DNA of 64,000 nt from Spirochaetaceae bacterium (GTDB taxonomy: Bacteria > Spirochaetota > Spirochaetia > DSM-2461). Below, in pieces: positions 51,156-60,276 of this stretch (its first letter is position 1; the number at the start of each line of letters is the position of its first letter). The DNA lies in the NCBI GenBank assembly GCA_965224705.1, contig OZ245056.1:2336001-2400000 (forward strand), written 5' to 3'. The position numbers and the translations under genes were made by a program. The notes beneath the pieces are model-generated. The model did not search any database. It was given only the letters and a program-made list of their open reading frames with translations, and was not told the DNA's origin.

Positions 51156-52444
51156 GATTCTCACCAACTTCTTACCAACTGGTTTCAGTTAAATCGGGGA
51201 AAGTCTATTCCGATACCAATGAATGGACTTTGAGCCTTCCTGAAGAATCTCCATCCCTGATTCGGGCAGTGTACAGAGAGAAAAAGCTCAGTATCAGGAG
51301 TGATCTGGAAGGATTATACTGTTTTGCCGACTGGCTTCCTGTCAAACGAACGCTGAGGGGGGCATCGGTACCGATCACGTTCAGAAGTACAGCCCTGGCC
51401 GTTGAACTTGGCCTGAACAATCTCTGGATAACTTTCAGTGGGTGGTGGCCGGAGAAGGGCATCACCATGATCACCGGTACTTTTAAGGAATGCGAAGCAT
51501 ACACCGTATGTGCCCGTATGGGTGAACACTTTCCCCATGTTCTCGTGGTTGCTTCGGCCGGAAACACGGCAAGAGCTTTTGCCCATGTGTGTTCAGACAA
51601 TAACATTCCCCTGCTTCTTTTTGTTCCACAGGATAACACAGGTGATGTCTGGCTGGACAAACCCCTGGCTGATTGTGTGAAGCTTGTCTGTCCTGCGGCC
51701 GGTGGGGATTACTACGATGCGATTCGCATGAGTGAGGCTGCGGTTGCAGGTTCAAGCCTGTTTATTGCAGAGGGGGGGGCAAAGAACATCGCTCGCCGGG
51801 ATGGCATGGGAACCACAGTATTATCTGCCGCGGTAATCATTGGCCGTATCCCGGATGTCTACTTCCAGGCAGTGGGAAGTGGAACCGGGGCCATTGCCGC
51901 GTGGGAGGCAGCCATGCGGCTGGCTGCTGATGGCCGATTCGGAAAGAATTCCATGCGGCTTATGGTGAGTCAGAATGAGCCTTTTACACCTATGGCGGAT
52001 TCCTGGAATGCTGACAGCCGGGATTTTATTGTAAAAGATGATGAATCGGCGAGAAAGCTTGCAGGACAGGTGAATGCAAAGGTTCTCACCAATCGACGAC
52101 CTCCCTGGGCAATCCCCGGCGGTTTGTATGATGCCCTGAAATCCACGGGGGGATCTATTCTTACCGCATCCAATGAGGAAGCCTTCAGGGCAGGTGAAAG
52201 ATTCGCAGAACTGGAAGGTTGTGATATCACTCCGGCAGCTTCAGTGGCCGTGGCTTCCTTATTCGATTCAGTAAAAACGGGCAAAGTCGGAAAGGATGAA
52301 GTGGTGATGCTCAATGTAACAGGTGGTGGAGTCCGCGGAATAAAAGAACATGGAGAACTGCATCACATCATCCCGGAGGAAATACTCCCATTGGATTCTT
52401 CTGATGAGAGTATTGTTGAAATCTGTGAGAAGCTCTTCAACTGA
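51152..52444 (+). CDS. Cysteate synthase (CapA-like, threonine-synthase fold)
   Basis: SLIRAVY, FADWLPV, FSGWWPE...TGTFKECEA (PLP Lys), [64 protein letters not shown]. Confidence 0.9.
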   Translation: MRFSPTSYQLVSVKSGKVYSDTNEWTLSLPEESPSLIRAVYREKKLSIRSDLEGLYCFADWLPVKRTLRGASVPITFRSTALAVELGLNNLWITFSGWWPEKGITMITGTFKECEAYTVCARMGEHFPHVLVVASAGNTARAFAHVCSDNNIPLLLFVPQDNTGDVWLDKPLADCVKLVCPAAGGDYYDAIRMSEAAVAGSSLFIAEGGAKNIARRDGMGTTVLSAAVIIGRIPDVYFQAVGSGTGAIAAWEAAMRLAADGRFGKNSMRLMVSQNEPFTPMADSWNADSRDFIVKDDESARKLAGQVNAKVLTNRRPPWAIPGGLYDALKSTGGSILTASNEEAFRAGERFAELEGCDITPAASVAVASLFDSVKTGKVGKDEVVMLNVTGGGVRGIKEHGELHHIIPEEILPLDSSDESIVEICEKLFN

Positions 52445-52534
52445 ATTCAATATTTCATGTATAGTGCACAGGAAGGATATCGCTGAATGCAAACTGCAGG
52501 CGAACCCTACCAGCTGATGAGTATTGGAGATTAA

Positions 52535-53824
52535 ATGATTGATATTTTTGCAAAATGTGCGACCAGTGAAGGATACTTCGGAGAACTCAGGACTGCCGGA
52601 GACCGATTTTACACATTACCGGTTATCGATGACATTCCCGGCCCCCTGATGAAGATTCAGGGTCGTGAAAGCATTATGTGGTCGGTCAATAACTACATCG
52701 GCCTTGCCAATGACGCAGAAATCAAAGCTGCTGCGATTGAGGCGGCGGAGAAGTGGTCTGTCAGTTCACCGATGGGCTCCCGTATGATGAGTGGTACGAC
52801 AGGTGAGCATCTGGATCTGGAGAAGTCATTGGCTGAATATGCCCGAAAAGAAGACGCTTTCCTGTTTAATTACGGTTACATGGGTGTCGTGGGAACTGTT
52901 ACCTCCCTCTGTGGACCTGATGATATTCTCATCGTGGACAGGCTTGCGCATGCCTGTATAATTGATGCGGCGTTCAGTGCGAAGGGCGGTCAGGGAGGTA
53001 AACCCATGGTCCGGTTTTTTCGTCACAATGATATGAATGATCTGGAATCGGTACTTGGCAGTGTCAACAAAAACCGTAAGGGCGGGGTGATGATATTGAT
53101 CGAAGGTGTCTACGGAATGACTGGAGACCTGGCTGATCTTCGGAATATTACAATGCTGGCAGAAAAGTACAGTGCCCGTATATTCATTGATGATGCCCAT
53201 GGCATTGGAGTTATGGGTAATCAGGGTCGAGGTACGGCTGATTTCTTTGGTGTCCAGGAGAAAATTGACATTTATTTTGGCACATTTGCGAAAACATTTG
53301 CTTCTATCGGGGGGTATGCGGCTACAAGCACTCAGGTTCGGGACTGGATTGCCTTCAATGCTCGAACTCAGGTCTTTGCCAAAGCCCTTCCCATGGTCTA
53401 TGTTAAATCCCTTCAAGTTGCCCTCAAGAAGGTTATCAATGGAAATGACAGACGTGCTGTCATGTGGGAACGTTCCAACCGATTAAAGAATGGTCTTCGA
53501 GAACTGGGCTGTCATATCGGTTCTGGTGAATCCCCCATATGTGCTGTTTACATTCCTGCCGGGGAAAGTCTGGAAGAACTGATCAAAAAAGTTCTCACCT
53601 ATCTGAGAAGAAATGGAGTTTTCTGCACAGGAGTTATCTGGCCCGTCATTCCCCCGGGGATTGTGATGCTTCGAATGATTCCAACTGCCGCTCATACAGA
53701 AGAACACGTGGCTGAAACAGTTGAAGTATTTAGACGAATGCGGGAAGACTTGCATGTGAAGTTTTCTCTGGCTGAAGAGGAAATTGCCAAAGTTGATAAA
53801 ATATACAGGAAGGGAGCTTTATAA
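52535..53824 (+). CDS. PLP-dependent alpha-oxoamine synthase, probably cysteate C-fatty-acyltransferase (CapB/SulA-like)
   Basis: WSVNNYIGLA, PMGSRMMSG, NYGYMG, HACIID, RHND, EGVYGMTGD, DDAHG, GTFAK253, QVFAK283ALP; follows cysteate synthase. Confidence 0.8.
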   Translation: MIDIFAKCATSEGYFGELRTAGDRFYTLPVIDDIPGPLMKIQGRESIMWSVNNYIGLANDAEIKAAAIEAAEKWSVSSPMGSRMMSGTTGEHLDLEKSLAEYARKEDAFLFNYGYMGVVGTVTSLCGPDDILIVDRLAHACIIDAAFSAKGGQGGKPMVRFFRHNDMNDLESVLGSVNKNRKGGVMILIEGVYGMTGDLADLRNITMLAEKYSARIFIDDAHGIGVMGNQGRGTADFFGVQEKIDIYFGTFAKTFASIGGYAATSTQVRDWIAFNARTQVFAKALPMVYVKSLQVALKKVINGNDRRAVMWERSNRLKNGLRELGCHIGSGESPICAVYIPAGESLEELIKKVLTYLRRNGVFCTGVIWPVIPPGIVMLRMIPTAAHTEEHVAETVEVFRRMREDLHVKFSLAEEEIAKVDKIYRKGAL

Positions 53825-53862
53825 AAAGGCCCAGGCTCCCAGGAATCTACAGGGAGAGAGTT

Positions 53863-53946
53863 TACCGGCGGCCGGACTTGAACCGGCACGGCACATGTGC
53901 CAGCAGATTTTAAGTCTGCTGTGTCTACCTATTCCACCACGCCGGC
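53863..53946 (-). tRNA. tRNA-Leu(TAA)
   Basis: Reverse complement GCCGGCGTGGTGGAATAGGTAGACAC-AGCAGA-CT-TAA-AA-TCTGCT...GGTTCAAGTCCGGCCGCCGGTA. Confidence 0.95.
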
Positions 53947-54026
53947 TGCATATGTCATCTTAATCGTGCCCATGGGTTGGGTCAACGGTGAATCATATGT
54001 TAGAATAATCTGGAAGGAGAATAATA

Positions 54027-55109
54027 ATGAGTATCAAAATTCTCGACAATATCAAACCGGGTGTTGTCTACGGAAATGATTTAAAAAGACTGTTTGAAAT
54101 TTGTAAGAGTCAGGGGTTTGCTCTTCCGGCAGTGAATTGTGTCAATACTGAATCAGTTAATGGTGCACTTGAAGCAGCTGCCAGAGTTAATTCACCTGTT
54201 ATTATCCAGTTCTCCAATGGGGGATCAACGTTTTTTGCCGGGAAGGGTCTTAAACCCGCCAGGGGCCGGGCCGATGTCATTGGAGGTATTGCTGCTGCCA
54301 ATCACATCCATCATGTTGCGGAGGCCTATGGTATTCCCGTTGTTCTTCACACAGATCATTGTGCGAAGAAGCTGCTGCCATGGCTGGATGGACTGCTGGA
54401 TGCCGGTGAAGAGTTTTACAAGGAAAAGGGTCGGCCGCTTTACAGCTCTCACATGCTTGATCTCTCGGAAGAACCCATTGAAGAGAATGTGAGGATTTCC
54501 GGTGAGTATCTCAGGCGTTTAAGTTCTCTGGATATGTATCTTGAAATGGAACTGGGTATCACTGGCGGTGAAGAAGATGGTGTTGATAACTCGGATAGAG
54601 ATCCAGCCGATCTGTACTCAAAACCTGAGGAAATTGATTATGCCTATACCGAACTGAATAAAATCAGTCCCAATTTCACCATAGCGGCGGCATTCGGTAA
54701 TGTGCATGGGGTGTACAAACCAGGAAATGTCAAACTGACACCGGCCATTCTTGATCAAGGGCAGAAGTATATAGTCCGTAAACACAATCTGACCAATCCT
54801 CATCCAGTCACCTATGTATTTCATGGCGGTTCAGGTTCTTCCCAGGATGAAATCCGCAGAAGTATTGAATACGGTGTGGTGAAAATGAACATTGATACCG
54901 ATACTCAATGGGCGACATGGACAGGAGTGCTGAATTTCTATAAGGAAAACGAAGCTTTTCTGCAGAGCCAGTTGGGGAATCCCAATGGTGCCGATGCACC
55001 GAATAAGAAATACTATGATCCAAGAGTCTGGCTCAGAAAAGGCCAGGAAACGCTGGTGGCTCGTATCATTGAAGCATTCGAAAGCCTCAACGCTGCAGGG
55101 CGTAATTAG
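54027..55109 (+). CDS. fbaA: Class II fructose-bisphosphate aldolase
   Basis: FALPAVN, HTDHCAKKLLPW, SSHMLDLSEE, ELGITGGEEDGVDN, FGNVHGVYKPG, FHGGSGS, KMNIDTD, NKKYYDPR. Confidence 0.97.
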   Translation: MSIKILDNIKPGVVYGNDLKRLFEICKSQGFALPAVNCVNTESVNGALEAAARVNSPVIIQFSNGGSTFFAGKGLKPARGRADVIGGIAAANHIHHVAEAYGIPVVLHTDHCAKKLLPWLDGLLDAGEEFYKEKGRPLYSSHMLDLSEEPIEENVRISGEYLRRLSSLDMYLEMELGITGGEEDGVDNSDRDPADLYSKPEEIDYAYTELNKISPNFTIAAAFGNVHGVYKPGNVKLTPAILDQGQKYIVRKHNLTNPHPVTYVFHGGSGSSQDEIRRSIEYGVVKMNIDTDTQWATWTGVLNFYKENEAFLQSQLGNPNGADAPNKKYYDPRVWLRKGQETLVARIIEAFESLNAAGRN

Positions 55110-55127
55110 AGTCATTGCTCATTAGAA

Positions 55128-55955
55128 TTGATTCCCCATTTCATGGACAGATCGAAAAACTGTTACCTTCCCTGTAGAATTATCGATTCCCATTTTCATG
55201 CTCTACACATGAGAAAAAGAGGAATGAATCTTACGGAAATTTTTCGCACTGCATTTTCCAATGGCCTGACAGGGGCCATAGATGTTGCAGTCAATGAGAA
55301 CGATTTTGATGAGCGCCTTGGATTCTCCAATGAATTTGAACTGATCAAGCTTTCGGCCGGTATTCATCCCCTATCATCGGCCAGCGATGGAAAAACAACA
55401 TGGCATGAACGTTTCGAAGTGATCCGGGAACAGGCCAGGCACCCCGATGTTGTGGCAGTTGGGGAAAGCGGACTTGATTTCTACAGGGATCATGTACCGG
55501 TCAGGGTGCAGAAAATGGCATTCAGGGAGCACCTGGATCTGGCTTCAGAACTCAACAAGCCAATAATCATTCATAACCGGGAAGCTGACAGGGATATTTT
55601 GGAACTGGTCAGAGGATCTTCCTGCCGCAGGGGTGTATTTCATTGTTTCTCATCCAACAGGGAAACGGCTGAGCAGGCCCTGGAACTGGGATATTACATA
55701 TCCCTGGCGGGAAACCTCACATACAGGAAGATGGGGATACTTCATGAGGCTGTCAGGATCATTCCCAGGGACAGAATACTTATCGAAACAGATTCGCCTT
55801 ATCTGGCTCCGCAGCATGTAAGAAGGCAGAATAATCATCCTGGATTCATTGGGTATACACTGGAATATCTTGCAGAATTAAGAGGAGAAGACCCCGGGGA
55901 ACTGGCACAGAGCATCAGAGACAATACTCAAAGATTATTCTCAATAGAACCTTAG
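55128..55955 (+). CDS. tatD: TatD family hydrolase (start may be ATG 55143)
   Basis: DSHFH, GIHP, VGESGLDF, IIHNREA, FHCFS, ETDSPYLAP. Confidence 0.93.
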   Translation: MIPHFMDRSKNCYLPCRIIDSHFHALHMRKRGMNLTEIFRTAFSNGLTGAIDVAVNENDFDERLGFSNEFELIKLSAGIHPLSSASDGKTTWHERFEVIREQARHPDVVAVGESGLDFYRDHVPVRVQKMAFREHLDLASELNKPIIIHNREADRDILELVRGSSCRRGVFHCFSSNRETAEQALELGYYISLAGNLTYRKMGILHEAVRIIPRDRILIETDSPYLAPQHVRRQNNHPGFIGYTLEYLAELRGEDPGELAQSIRDNTQRLFSIEP

Positions 55956-57128
55956 AGGCAGGTAAATGGAAACCTCAGTTCCTTTCTTGACGGCACTCTG
56001 AATTTCAACAGTTCCATTATGGGCTTCTACGACTGTTTTTACAATGTGCATTCCCAGTCCTGTGCCTCCATGCTCTGAATTCGTGTAAAAAGGATCAAAT
56101 ACATGTGTTCTTGTTTCATAGTCCATGCCAATACCATTATCTGCCACAGTTAGACACAGATAGTTGCCTTTTCTCTTTGAAGAAACAATGATTCTGTTGT
56201 TTTTCAGACATGCCTTCAATGAGTTATCAACCAGATTGATAAGAACTCTCAGGATGCGTTCAACATCAAGCAATATGACTTCCTTGAACTCATTACTCCA
56301 TATTAGATCTATTTCCTTTGATTTTGCTGATGCGCCTATACTGTCATTAAGAGATTTAAATAAATCGGCTGTTTTTGAAGGGGCATATACCAGATGTATT
56401 TCACCCTTGGAGTAATCAAGCAGTTCATTGGTTAAACCAGTAAGTCTTACGGTTTCACGATGAATCTGATTTGTGTATTTTTTTAATTCCAGAGTATTCT
56501 CATCATCTCCTTCCAGTTTGAGGGCCAGCATATCCGCATAGGCATTGATGACTGAGAGAGGATTTCGGAGATCGTGCATTATCATTGATGAGAATTTACC
56601 CAGGCTGGAGAGACGATCCTGACGCAGGAGTTGTCTCTGAGCCTGTTTCAGATTATTATTCGCAATGATCAGTTCATTATTGCGCATACGAAGTTCGTGT
56701 ACGAAACTGTCATTACTGCTGCGAACTATACGAGAGATACCCTTCATCAAGGATAATGCTATTGTACCGCGGTCTTTTAATAATTTACGGAAATCATCCG
56801 TTGAAATTGTATAACCGGAGACAGTAGACTGGGTAACCATCGTTGCACTGCGCGGCAACTCATCGACTACACTTAATTCACCGACGAGATTCGGTGCTTC
56901 TGTAACCGTTAGAAGATCGGCACTGTCCGTACCATAATCTACCCATATTCCAACTTTGCCTGTCAGTATTACAAAAAGCCTGTCGGCATCCAGACCCTGA
57001 TTGGCAATTACGGTGTTTTTGTCGATTTTTATTGCATGACAAATATCAGCAATTGCACATCGATCTTCATCGGTTAAATCAGTAAAGGACGCAATTGCAA
57101 CCAGCTTTTCAGCAACACTGTTCATCAT
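55941..57128 (-). CDS. cNMP-binding-domain sensor histidine kinase
   Basis: N-terminal GEL...PRSAT cNMP motif; H-box HDLRNPL, NLVDNS, DNGIGM, F.PFYT, GGTGLG. Confidence 0.9.
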   Translation of the reverse strand: MMNSVAEKLVAIASFTDLTDEDRCAIADICHAIKIDKNTVIANQGLDADRLFVILTGKVGIWVDYGTDSADLLTVTEAPNLVGELSVVDELPRSATMVTQSTVSGYTISTDDFRKLLKDRGTIALSLMKGISRIVRSSNDSFVHELRMRNNELIIANNNLKQAQRQLLRQDRLSSLGKFSSMIMHDLRNPLSVINAYADMLALKLEGDDENTLELKKYTNQIHRETVRLTGLTNELLDYSKGEIHLVYAPSKTADLFKSLNDSIGASAKSKEIDLIWSNEFKEVILLDVERILRVLINLVDNSLKACLKNNRIIVSSKRKGNYLCLTVADNGIGMDYETRTHVFDPFYTNSEHGGTGLGMHIVKTVVEAHNGTVEIQSAVKKGTEVSIYLPLRFY

Positions 57129-57193
57129 GACAAATCAGCTCAAGATTTCTTTTCAGCACGGCAAAAATTCTGGTTTACTATGCTTTTTTGGAC

Positions 57194-57892
57194 TCACCAT
57201 GCATCTATCATATCATCACTGTCCCGGCTTTCTTCGGCAAAAAGATCCGTTACAGCCCGGATGTCATCAAAATAAATGTAGTATTTTCCATAAGTTTCTG
57301 CGACATTGCATACAATATTGAAGCCGGTAATGCTGACACCCATCCGGTCATTATAATGATAATCACGCTGCTTTAAACTGACTGGAACGGTAACAGTAAG
57401 CTTTTTCCAGCCGGAAAAATTGAGTTTTCCCATTGGAATTACTGCATGATTTCCAAACTGATCGGCCAATGTCAGTTCCAGCTTGTGTTCAGTGTTTCTT
57501 CCAGCTACCCATACCGATATTGTTTTTGTTATTCCTTCAATAGGCAGAGGTCTGGTTGGTTTGAGGGAGAAGGTGATTGCACCTCTATGGTAAAACTCAA
57601 TTTTGGCACCAACAACTCTTTCATCTTTCTCACCCAGACCGAACTGTTGTTCATCTTCAATGACTTCTTTGTTGTTTGAACCACCAAAGAAGGTTCTGAG
57701 TGACATGAAACCATGGTCAGCCGGTATAATACCATACCACAAACCCGTGTCCTCCATCTTGCTGACTGAGATCTCTTTGAGTTTTTGCTGGGCAGTGAGT
57801 TTACCTATTTGTTCAGGGTTAATTTCATTCTGGGCAAACCCTGCGGATAAAACCAGCGTTAAGACAATTACTGTAGCTATAAATTTCTTCAT
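57194..57892 (-). CDS. flaA: Flagellar filament outer-layer (sheath) protein FlaA
   Basis: Signal peptide MKKFIATV from ATG 57892; RPLPIEGITKTISVWVAGRN, MGKLNFSGWKKLTV, YIYFDD.RAVTDLF. Confidence 0.85.
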   Translation of the reverse strand: MKKFIATVIVLTLVLSAGFAQNEINPEQIGKLTAQQKLKEISVSKMEDTGLWYGIIPADHGFMSLRTFFGGSNNKEVIEDEQQFGLGEKDERVVGAKIEFYHRGAITFSLKPTRPLPIEGITKTISVWVAGRNTEHKLELTLADQFGNHAVIPMGKLNFSGWKKLTVTVPVSLKQRDYHYNDRMGVSITGFNIVCNVAETYGKYYIYFDDIRAVTDLFAEESRDSDDMIDAW

Positions 57893-57893
57893 T

Positions 57894-58676
57894 TTATTCT
57901 CCTGCTGTCCAGATTTCTTGAGTTCTTTGTTTTGTGACCAGATGATATCCATCATATTGTGTGTTGTGTATATCCGTAAGTATTTTCAAATGATCCAGAT
58001 ACAGATTGAAGCCGGACACAAGTTCTTCCGGATGAGTTGAGATTACTATTTTTGTCAGACTCAGCGAAGGAACAAGTTTTATGTAATTGGAAGACTGTTT
58101 TATGTGGTTTGGCATTGTGATGAACATGTTTTTCCAGCCAATGAACTTCAGGCTTCCTGGATCTCGGAGATTTTCATTTCTAAATGGATGAAGGCGGTGG
58201 GATATCCCGTTGAAATCTCTAAAAAGAAACTCTATGTTGTAGTTATAATTTGATCCCCAAACCCAGAAATCAAGAGTATGTACCCGTCCAGGCAAGGGTA
58301 CAGCCTTGGGAATGAATTCTCCATCATTCTCAACGCCGGGAATGATCTCTATCTGATTATATCCTTGCCGTATAAATGCAGCGTTGATTCCGAATACACC
58401 CAGCGTTTCAGGTTCTCCAGGATCTGTACCGAATAAGTCAGAAGGCCATTCATTCATGGCATATGCCAGGCGCGGACGGTTTTCTTCGGAGAACTTACTT
58501 CCCCTGACCTGCCATACAATGGGTTCCCCGGTGTCACTAAAGTACCCGGATTCCGGCCCATCCCAGGTTTCAATTATCCTCGACTCCAGTCTTACGGTAA
58601 TCTCGTCTGCACCAAGTGCACCTGACAGTACTACCATCAGTATGATCAAAGTCGAATAAAGGCTGTTTCTTTCCAT
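57894..58676 (-). CDS. flaA: Flagellar filament outer-layer (sheath) protein FlaA, second paralog
   Basis: AAGGAG RBS before ATG 58676; GSKF, F.RQGYN.IEI, PLPGRV..LDFWVWGSNYNY, GSLKFIGWKN, YLDHLKILTD. Confidence 0.85.
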   Translation of the reverse strand: MERNSLYSTLIILMVVLSGALGADEITVRLESRIIETWDGPESGYFSDTGEPIVWQVRGSKFSEENRPRLAYAMNEWPSDLFGTDPGEPETLGVFGINAAFIRQGYNQIEIIPGVENDGEFIPKAVPLPGRVHTLDFWVWGSNYNYNIEFLFRDFNGISHRLHPFRNENLRDPGSLKFIGWKNMFITMPNHIKQSSNYIKLVPSLSLTKIVISTHPEELVSGFNLYLDHLKILTDIHNTQYDGYHLVTKQRTQEIWTAGE

Positions 58677-58730
58677 TCTTAATCTCCTTATTTGTGATAA
58701 GCAAAACGGTGAACAATCACGTTCATAATA

Positions 58731-58760
58731 ATTATAGAATTGACTGCTTGAATGAGTCAA
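58731..58760 (-). promoter_or_regulatory. Candidate sigma-70 promoter of the flaA pair
   Basis: Minus strand TTGACT-N18-TATAAT, 55 bp upstream of the ATG. Confidence 0.6.
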
Positions 58761-59613
58761 ACCATTTTCGCCTATATTTCAATCTACCGGGGTAAAAAAT
58801 AAGCGATTCCTGATTCTTATCACCCATCACTGATAAAAGAATTTTTCTCATCCTTCTATCATCATTTTCTATACTGGCAATAATCCTTTTACTCCAGTAT
58901 CCTGTTGAGGCCGCTGATTCCGTTATAACTGGCGGTTGAATATCCTGAGTTCCATGGTAGGCCTCAGTATTCATTGAACCGGCCAAAAGAAGTAATACCG
59001 ATGCCTCAGCTGCTTCCTCTACAAAACCATCAGGTAACCTGTCCGTATTGATATCACTAATAACCGGGAAGTTCAAGATTGGATAACGCCCGTTTGTTAT
59101 ACTTTCATATGAAGTGAGTAAACTCTCAATTTCTCCGTTATGGAGTATCAGTGCTGGTTTACCCTGATCAACAGCCATATTTCCTGCAATTTCTCCCATC
59201 CTTATGTAGTTTTGTGTTTTGTCCAGGGCGATACCCGTCACATTTTCAGGAGAATCGGCCAGTGGTTCTCCTCCGGCGATTATTACCTGGCTCCTTTTCA
59301 GTAATGGCCGCTTTGCTTCCTCAGCATTCCATGGGGTAAGAACCACGATATCAGGAATATATGCTAATTCTGCAATTATTTCTGAAAGTGTTTCATCATC
59401 ACTCTGTACTTCATGGATTACACGGATGCCATTCAAACGGGAATTCAATGCAAGCCACCAGCTGTATATCTCCCGGTTGCCAATAGTATCGGCATAAGGA
59501 TCGGATATGAATAGAGCTGTTTGCTGTGAACAACCTGGATTGTTTCCGGCCAAGAGGAGGATGAACAATGTCCAGAGACAGGTTCTCAATATCGACTTAG
59601 ATCGACCAGCCAC
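58732..59613 (-). CDS. Hypothetical exported protein
   Basis: 293-aa ORF with hydrophobic N-terminus, overlapping the upstream gene in an operon-like run. Confidence 0.6.
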   Translation of the reverse strand: MAGRSKSILRTCLWTLFILLLAGNNPGCSQQTALFISDPYADTIGNREIYSWWLALNSRLNGIRVIHEVQSDDETLSEIIAELAYIPDIVVLTPWNAEEAKRPLLKRSQVIIAGGEPLADSPENVTGIALDKTQNYIRMGEIAGNMAVDQGKPALILHNGEIESLLTSYESITNGRYPILNFPVISDINTDRLPDGFVEEAAEASVLLLLAGSMNTEAYHGTQDIQPPVITESAASTGYWSKRIIASIENDDRRMRKILLSVMGDKNQESLIFYPGRLKYRRKWFDSFKQSIL

Positions 59614-60250
59614 GTGAGTCCATATAAATCATTGCAGATGACCCGGCCGCCAGCACAATGACAATGAGCCATGCAGTAATTTTTTCATTGTAAATGTAGA
59701 GCATTGGAATAAGTGTAAACAGTGATGGCAGAATTAAAGCCACTGCCAGTATGAGAAATTGTATTCTTCGTTCCATTCTGAGACCATGATCAAGAATAAA
59801 GGCTGTACAGCTCAGCACTGCTATCCAGACAAGGGGCGTAAAAAGATATCGATAAACTTCAAACCCTGGATCCAGGGAAAGAGCTGTCCATACCATATAA
59901 ACAGTGGCTATACCGCTGAACCATCCGGCCAGATTTCTAATCCGGGATTTAGATGTTGGTCTGGTAATGTAGAACGCTGTGACAGTGATCACTCCTGGAG
60001 TCATGGCCCATCCACTGCCCCTGAACCAGTTCCAGAAATACAAATGCATGGAATCCAGCCCGAAAACCATTCTGGATGACAGGCTCAGAGTCAATAATAA
60101 CGAGCCCATTCCAACCAACAGGCCACTGAACCAGGGCATGAGAATTCCCTGCCAGCCTGATAAGGGGGGAGGATAATATGAAATAATCAATAGATACCAG
60201 AGCGGCGCAGCAACAACAAGAAATAAACTCATGAAACCTAAAACTAACAC
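59597..60250 (-). CDS. Hypothetical multi-pass membrane protein
   Basis: About 6-7 hydrophobic segments; downstream of rsmA. Confidence 0.65.
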   Translation of the reverse strand: MLVLGFMSLFLVVAAPLWYLLIISYYPPPLSGWQGILMPWFSGLLVGMGSLLLTLSLSSRMVFGLDSMHLYFWNWFRGSGWAMTPGVITVTAFYITRPTSKSRIRNLAGWFSGIATVYMVWTALSLDPGFEVYRYLFTPLVWIAVLSCTAFILDHGLRMERRIQFLILAVALILPSLFTLIPMLYIYNEKITAWLIVIVLAAGSSAMIYMDSRGWSI

Positions 60251-60276
60251 AGGCAGGAGATGTAGGCAATGACTGA

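Noticed and set aside
51152..52444. Threonine synthase or coenzyme M biosynthesis role
   Set aside because: Motifs ([21 protein letters not shown]) fit cysteate synthase. No sulfopyruvate decarboxylase is nearby, and the next gene is a CapB-like acyltransferase.
52535..53824. BioF, Kbl or serine palmitoyltransferase call
   Set aside because: No bio or tdh context, and the FAK283 motif plus adjacent cysteate synthase favour cysteate. Not excluded without a tree or assay.
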